NCBI GenBank assembly: GCA_964247055.1
Contig: OZ176051.1
Span: 9,548,001 to 9,612,000 of the forward strand
Source of the DNA: Paragordius varius
Lineage: Eukaryota; Animalia; Nematomorpha
Reading direction: 5' to 3'
Length of the DNA: 64,000 nt
Below, in pieces: positions 52,601 to 64,000 of this stretch. Position numbers and translations under genes: made by a program. A model generated the notes under the pieces. The model saw nothing but the letters and a program-made list of their open reading frames with translations. It made no database searches and was not told the DNA's origin. Positions within the stretch are counted from its first letter, which is position 1; each line of letters starts with the position of its first letter.

Positions 52601-53185
52601 ATTATTGGGATTATCTTTGGCATTTAAGTCGTTATCGACCCATTTAAATGTTCTAGAAAATGTCATTCATGTATGGCAACCTTACTATCCTGTCAGTTAG
52701 GCCTAACATTATTTCATCATAACCATCACCATCTAAATCAACCAGGGTACCACATTTGGTATTGGCAGGTATATATTGATTATATGTTGGGACAATAATC
52801 GTTTTTGCTTCGTGTGCATTTCTAAAATTATAATTAAATAACACTCTTTGTTGATTGGTGATAAATGAAACAAATATATTCGCCCCTTACCACATATTAC
52901 TAAAAGAACCTTATTCATATAGCTACTGACCATGCCACATAGTAATAGGGTAATCATGCCAAGATTATAGGATGAAGCAATTTTTTGAAACCTTCCATAC
53001 TTAAACACAGACAACTTTCCCTCTAAATATCCAATAGCTAATTCATTATTCTAAATATAATAATTTAAAACCCCATCATTATCAATATCATCCAAAATAA
53101 TGGTATTATTAGTGGACGTACCATATAATTGAATTGTTTTTTTGTATTTAAAAGGTTGAGTTTCGGCAACAATTTTAAATTCCAT
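49671..53185 (-). CDS. ITFG2: ITFG2 (KICSTOR subunit, FG-GAP repeats), 5-exon model, about 400 aa
   Basis: Exons 53185-53072, 53050-52845, 52821-52681, 52652-52195, 49954-49671. Matches recalled human ITFG2 motifs: IILDDIDNDG|NNELAIG, QYIPANTK...DLDGDGYDEIMLGLTDRIVR|TFKW, CSQP, FCSWEGTIYI, DIRAFSAG. An alternative ATG lies at 53239; the C-terminus is uncertain. Confidence 0.88.
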
Positions 53186-53463
53186 GTGACTATAGCATAT
53201 AATAGTTATCAGTTGTTTTTCGAAATTACGCCTTAACATTTGGATACAACAGATTCATTTCAGTCCCTTCGAAAATTTGGGTCGTTGGATCCAGACCTAT
53301 TAAAATTAATTACTTGTAAAAATATGGAATTAATTGAAACCATGGCTAAACTTTGCCCACATATAATAAAAACGAAATATAAAAAAATTATTTTGAAATT
53401 AATAATACTCATTTTAAGTTAAAACCCAAAGGTAAAAATTTAGTCAATACATGTGAGCATTAA

Positions 53464-54330
53464 TCTATCTATTTATAAAAATGGAAAATGATGGCTTTGT
53501 GATCTGTTTCCGGAAAACCGGTAGACCCATTCAAATCAAAATTTCAAAAAAATATAATCATTAATGTCCCGACAATAGCTTCGCCCTTTTTTGAATTAGG
53601 CCCCCAGTTCGGGCCCACCCCGTTTAAAAAACGGGTTTTTTGAAAACACAAGTCCACAAAAATCGTGTATTTGAGACTTCCGGAGAACGTATTGGACCCT
53701 TCAACAAATATGATTTTTGTTTACTTTTTTTCGATTGCTCCGAACTAATCGGCTCGCTTTTTTGATTTAGGCCCTCTTTTTACCCGCTCCCCCCGTGAAA
53801 TGCCACCTTTTTCAAAAAACAAAGTCCACAAAAATAATTTTTTGATTCTATTTTTCGCCCAAGGTATGGGACCGTAAAAATTCAATAAGGATTCCAGGTA
53901 TTCCATGTCAAAAGGCAAAAATTTTAGTCAAGCGTTTCTGTGATGATAGCTGCTGGGTAAGGAGCTACGCGCTAAAAACTGACCCGTCATATCGAAATAG
54001 CGTGCTTTTGGGGCTAAATTTCAGAAAACCTATCAGACCATATGAGTTCAATAGCTGCTTAAAGTATAAAAAAAGTCAAATTTAGTCCAGCGGATTTTTT
54101 GAATTAGCCGTTAAATAAGCCCTTTACTTCCTAAAAAATGCGCTATCATTGAACTATTATTTAGTTTTGAAGTCATTCTTACATAAACTATTAGGAATGA
54201 GCGATGATTCCAGGTTGAAGGGCAATTTTTGGATCTAACTACATTTTTATATTGGCCTGGCAGGGAGAACTCCGCCATCATATCGATACAGCATGCCTTT
54301 GGAGCCAAATTTCAGAAAACTTAGACTATG
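53464..54330 (+). mobile_element. Helitron copy B, 3'-truncated, about 280 bp upstream of the ITFG2 start
   Basis: A|TCTATCTATTTATAAAAATGG start; colinear with 35223-35950; no hairpin/CTAG end. Confidence 0.8.
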
Positions 54331-55056
54331 TAAATCATTTTAAAACTTCGTGCCGCCTAACAAAATTGCTTATAAAATCTTTTTGTATCGCAAAGCCCTT
54401 TCTCTGGTAACATAACAAACCGATAATTTATGTAGCATAAGATTAGTTGATTATTTTTATATAGTTGCAAAAATATTTATTTCCAAATGGCTAATCAATT
54501 TAAATGAATTAATATTAACTTATAACTATCTATTTTAAATGATTTAAAAAGGTAATCCGGTGATTTCCACCGCAACGATTTTAAATAAAAATTTCCCATA
54601 AATTCTATGACCTTTTGGATTATTTAAATGGTAAGAAATATAATAATTTTTTAAATAACTGCAATTTTATATATATATCTACTAGTTTCAAGGAAAAATA
54701 ATCACATTAGGAAAAAACCAAGTTTAACAATCAAACATTTTTAAAATTTAATTTAAATTTTTGCTTAATAATAATTAAAGCATTAATTTAAAAACATACT
54801 AATTTAGACTAATCGCTAAACCATTATTATGAAACCTATATTAATATATGGCCAAAATAACTTGGTATTTTGATATTTATATTTAAATATTCCAAAAATA
54901 TATTAATTTCCGATTTGGAATAAATATTATATCCAAAACTAAAACATCATATAAATTATTTTTAATTTTTTCCCAATCTTGCATTAATTTATATTTAGAA
55001 TTTATTTATACTAAATAAAAAAACATATGAATGAAAAATTATTTGGAAATTGCAAA

Positions 55057-62816
<7,760 letters not shown>

Positions 62817-63153
62817 CAAATAAAAGGCATTTAAAACAAACTGATTTGAACAATGAATAGATTTTCATTGTTAGCATATGATGTATTAAATATCTTCATT
62901 AAAATATTTGTATTCAAGACATTCATTTCACTTCTATTCAAATTGGGGTCTTAATAATTCCAGGCCTCCTTATAATCAATATTTCATTAAAGGTAAATAG
63001 ATAGGTAAATGAAATGTTTGCCTAAGCTAAATATAAATATACAGCAGATTATCTTTCGATTTATATAAATATTAGAAATAGTTTGAACACACAGATACAA
63101 CACAATTACTCTGTTTTAAATCAGGGTCTTTGAGAACCCCAGTCTTGCTTTAA

Positions 63154-63686
63154 CATTTCGATTCTAATTAGGGTATCTAAACCATAATATATTTAAGTTG
63201 ATGTTTTTGAAAAACTACTGAAAAAAACGGTGATAATTAAATATTTGCCTCTGTTAAAAATTATATAAATAACCGAATCAAAATAATTAGTTTCAAATAA
63301 AAAACTATTTCGACGTTTATTTATAAAATTTTGCAAATACGCGTTTATTTAATTTAAAAGCTAAAATTAAGGCTATATTTTATTTATGTCACATTTGACA
63401 TTGATAGAGAAAGAAAAAGTGGTTTCTTTAGTATTATTATTAAATTTAGCTATGCACATGTCATGTTGACTAAATTTTTACCTTTGGCTACCTTAAAATA
63501 AATAATATCAACTATCTTTGAATGAATTTATTTTATATTTCGGTTCATTGATGTTATGCAGGTTCAAACTTTTGCCATAGTACAAATCCTTCCATATTTT
63601 TTGAATTATATGATTTTAAACAGGCCTGGGTATCCAACGAGCTCATTCAAATCGAAGGACTGAAATGAATGTGTTGTATCCAAGTG
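63154..63686. mobile_element. piggyBac-like MITE, opposite orientation to 18065-19388
   Basis: TTAA|CATTTCGATTC ... GTATCCAAGTG|TAAA; the internal sequence is the reverse complement of about 18395-18620 and of the 18900-19390 repeat unit. Confidence 0.6.
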
Positions 63687-64000
63687 TAAATCAAATATTT
63701 TTAAAAATAAGGAGAAAACTAAAACCATTAAATTTTGCACTAACACAGAGTAGACAAAAAAATAATTTTATAAAATATATATATATTCTGATAAGAAATT
63801 ATATCAGAGTTAGAGTGCTGTAGGTTTTGACCCTTAAATGTGATTTAAGATTATTTAAACTTTTGTGGTGAGTGCTCAACATCAGAAAATGGCAAAATTT
63901 GCGCACTTTAATATATTTTTTGTGAACGCTAGAGGCTTATTCGGAAAATAAAATATATCATAAACTACATATAAAAAGCAAAAAAATTATTTTTAAAAAA

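Noticed and set aside
53240-53422. 60-aa plus-strand ORF head-to-head with ITFG2
   Set aside because: It starts at TTG, has no recognisable motif and no supporting exons; it cannot be supported as a gene.

Overview
AT-rich, intron-containing animal genomic DNA, not prokaryotic. The organism cannot be named; the syndecan tail (RKKDEGSYALDExKR...EFYA) resembles the Drosophila-type sequence, which weakly suggests a protostome or ecdysozoan. Genes I could splice together by hand: two tandem, strongly diverged chitin synthases on the minus strand (paralog A 263-6498, partial; paralog B 9937-16844, about 644 aa), syndecan (+, 20364-31907), ITFG2 (-, 49671-53185) and cullin-4 (-, 55057-62816). There is also an orphan chitin-binding (CBM14) exon and a fragmentary multi-pass membrane gene. 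Mobile DNA is dense: a full-length RTE-clade LINE with a 15-bp target-site duplication, a 5'-truncated RTE LINE, a decayed mariner, three copies of a Helitron family, piggyBac-like elements and many MITEs. The most notable observations are: (1) a complete HDV-like ribozyme fold lacking P4, whose predicted cleavage site is exactly the first base of the full-length LINE; (2) spliceosomal introns of only 21, 23, 24, 28 and 30 nt, required by protein homology, alongside kilobase introns; (3) compact chitin synthases sharing variant TEDR/QKRRW catalytic motifs; (4) a syndecan with a roughly 100-aa cytoplasmic V region and no GxxxG motif. All protein identifications come from recalled motif homology, not from database searches.
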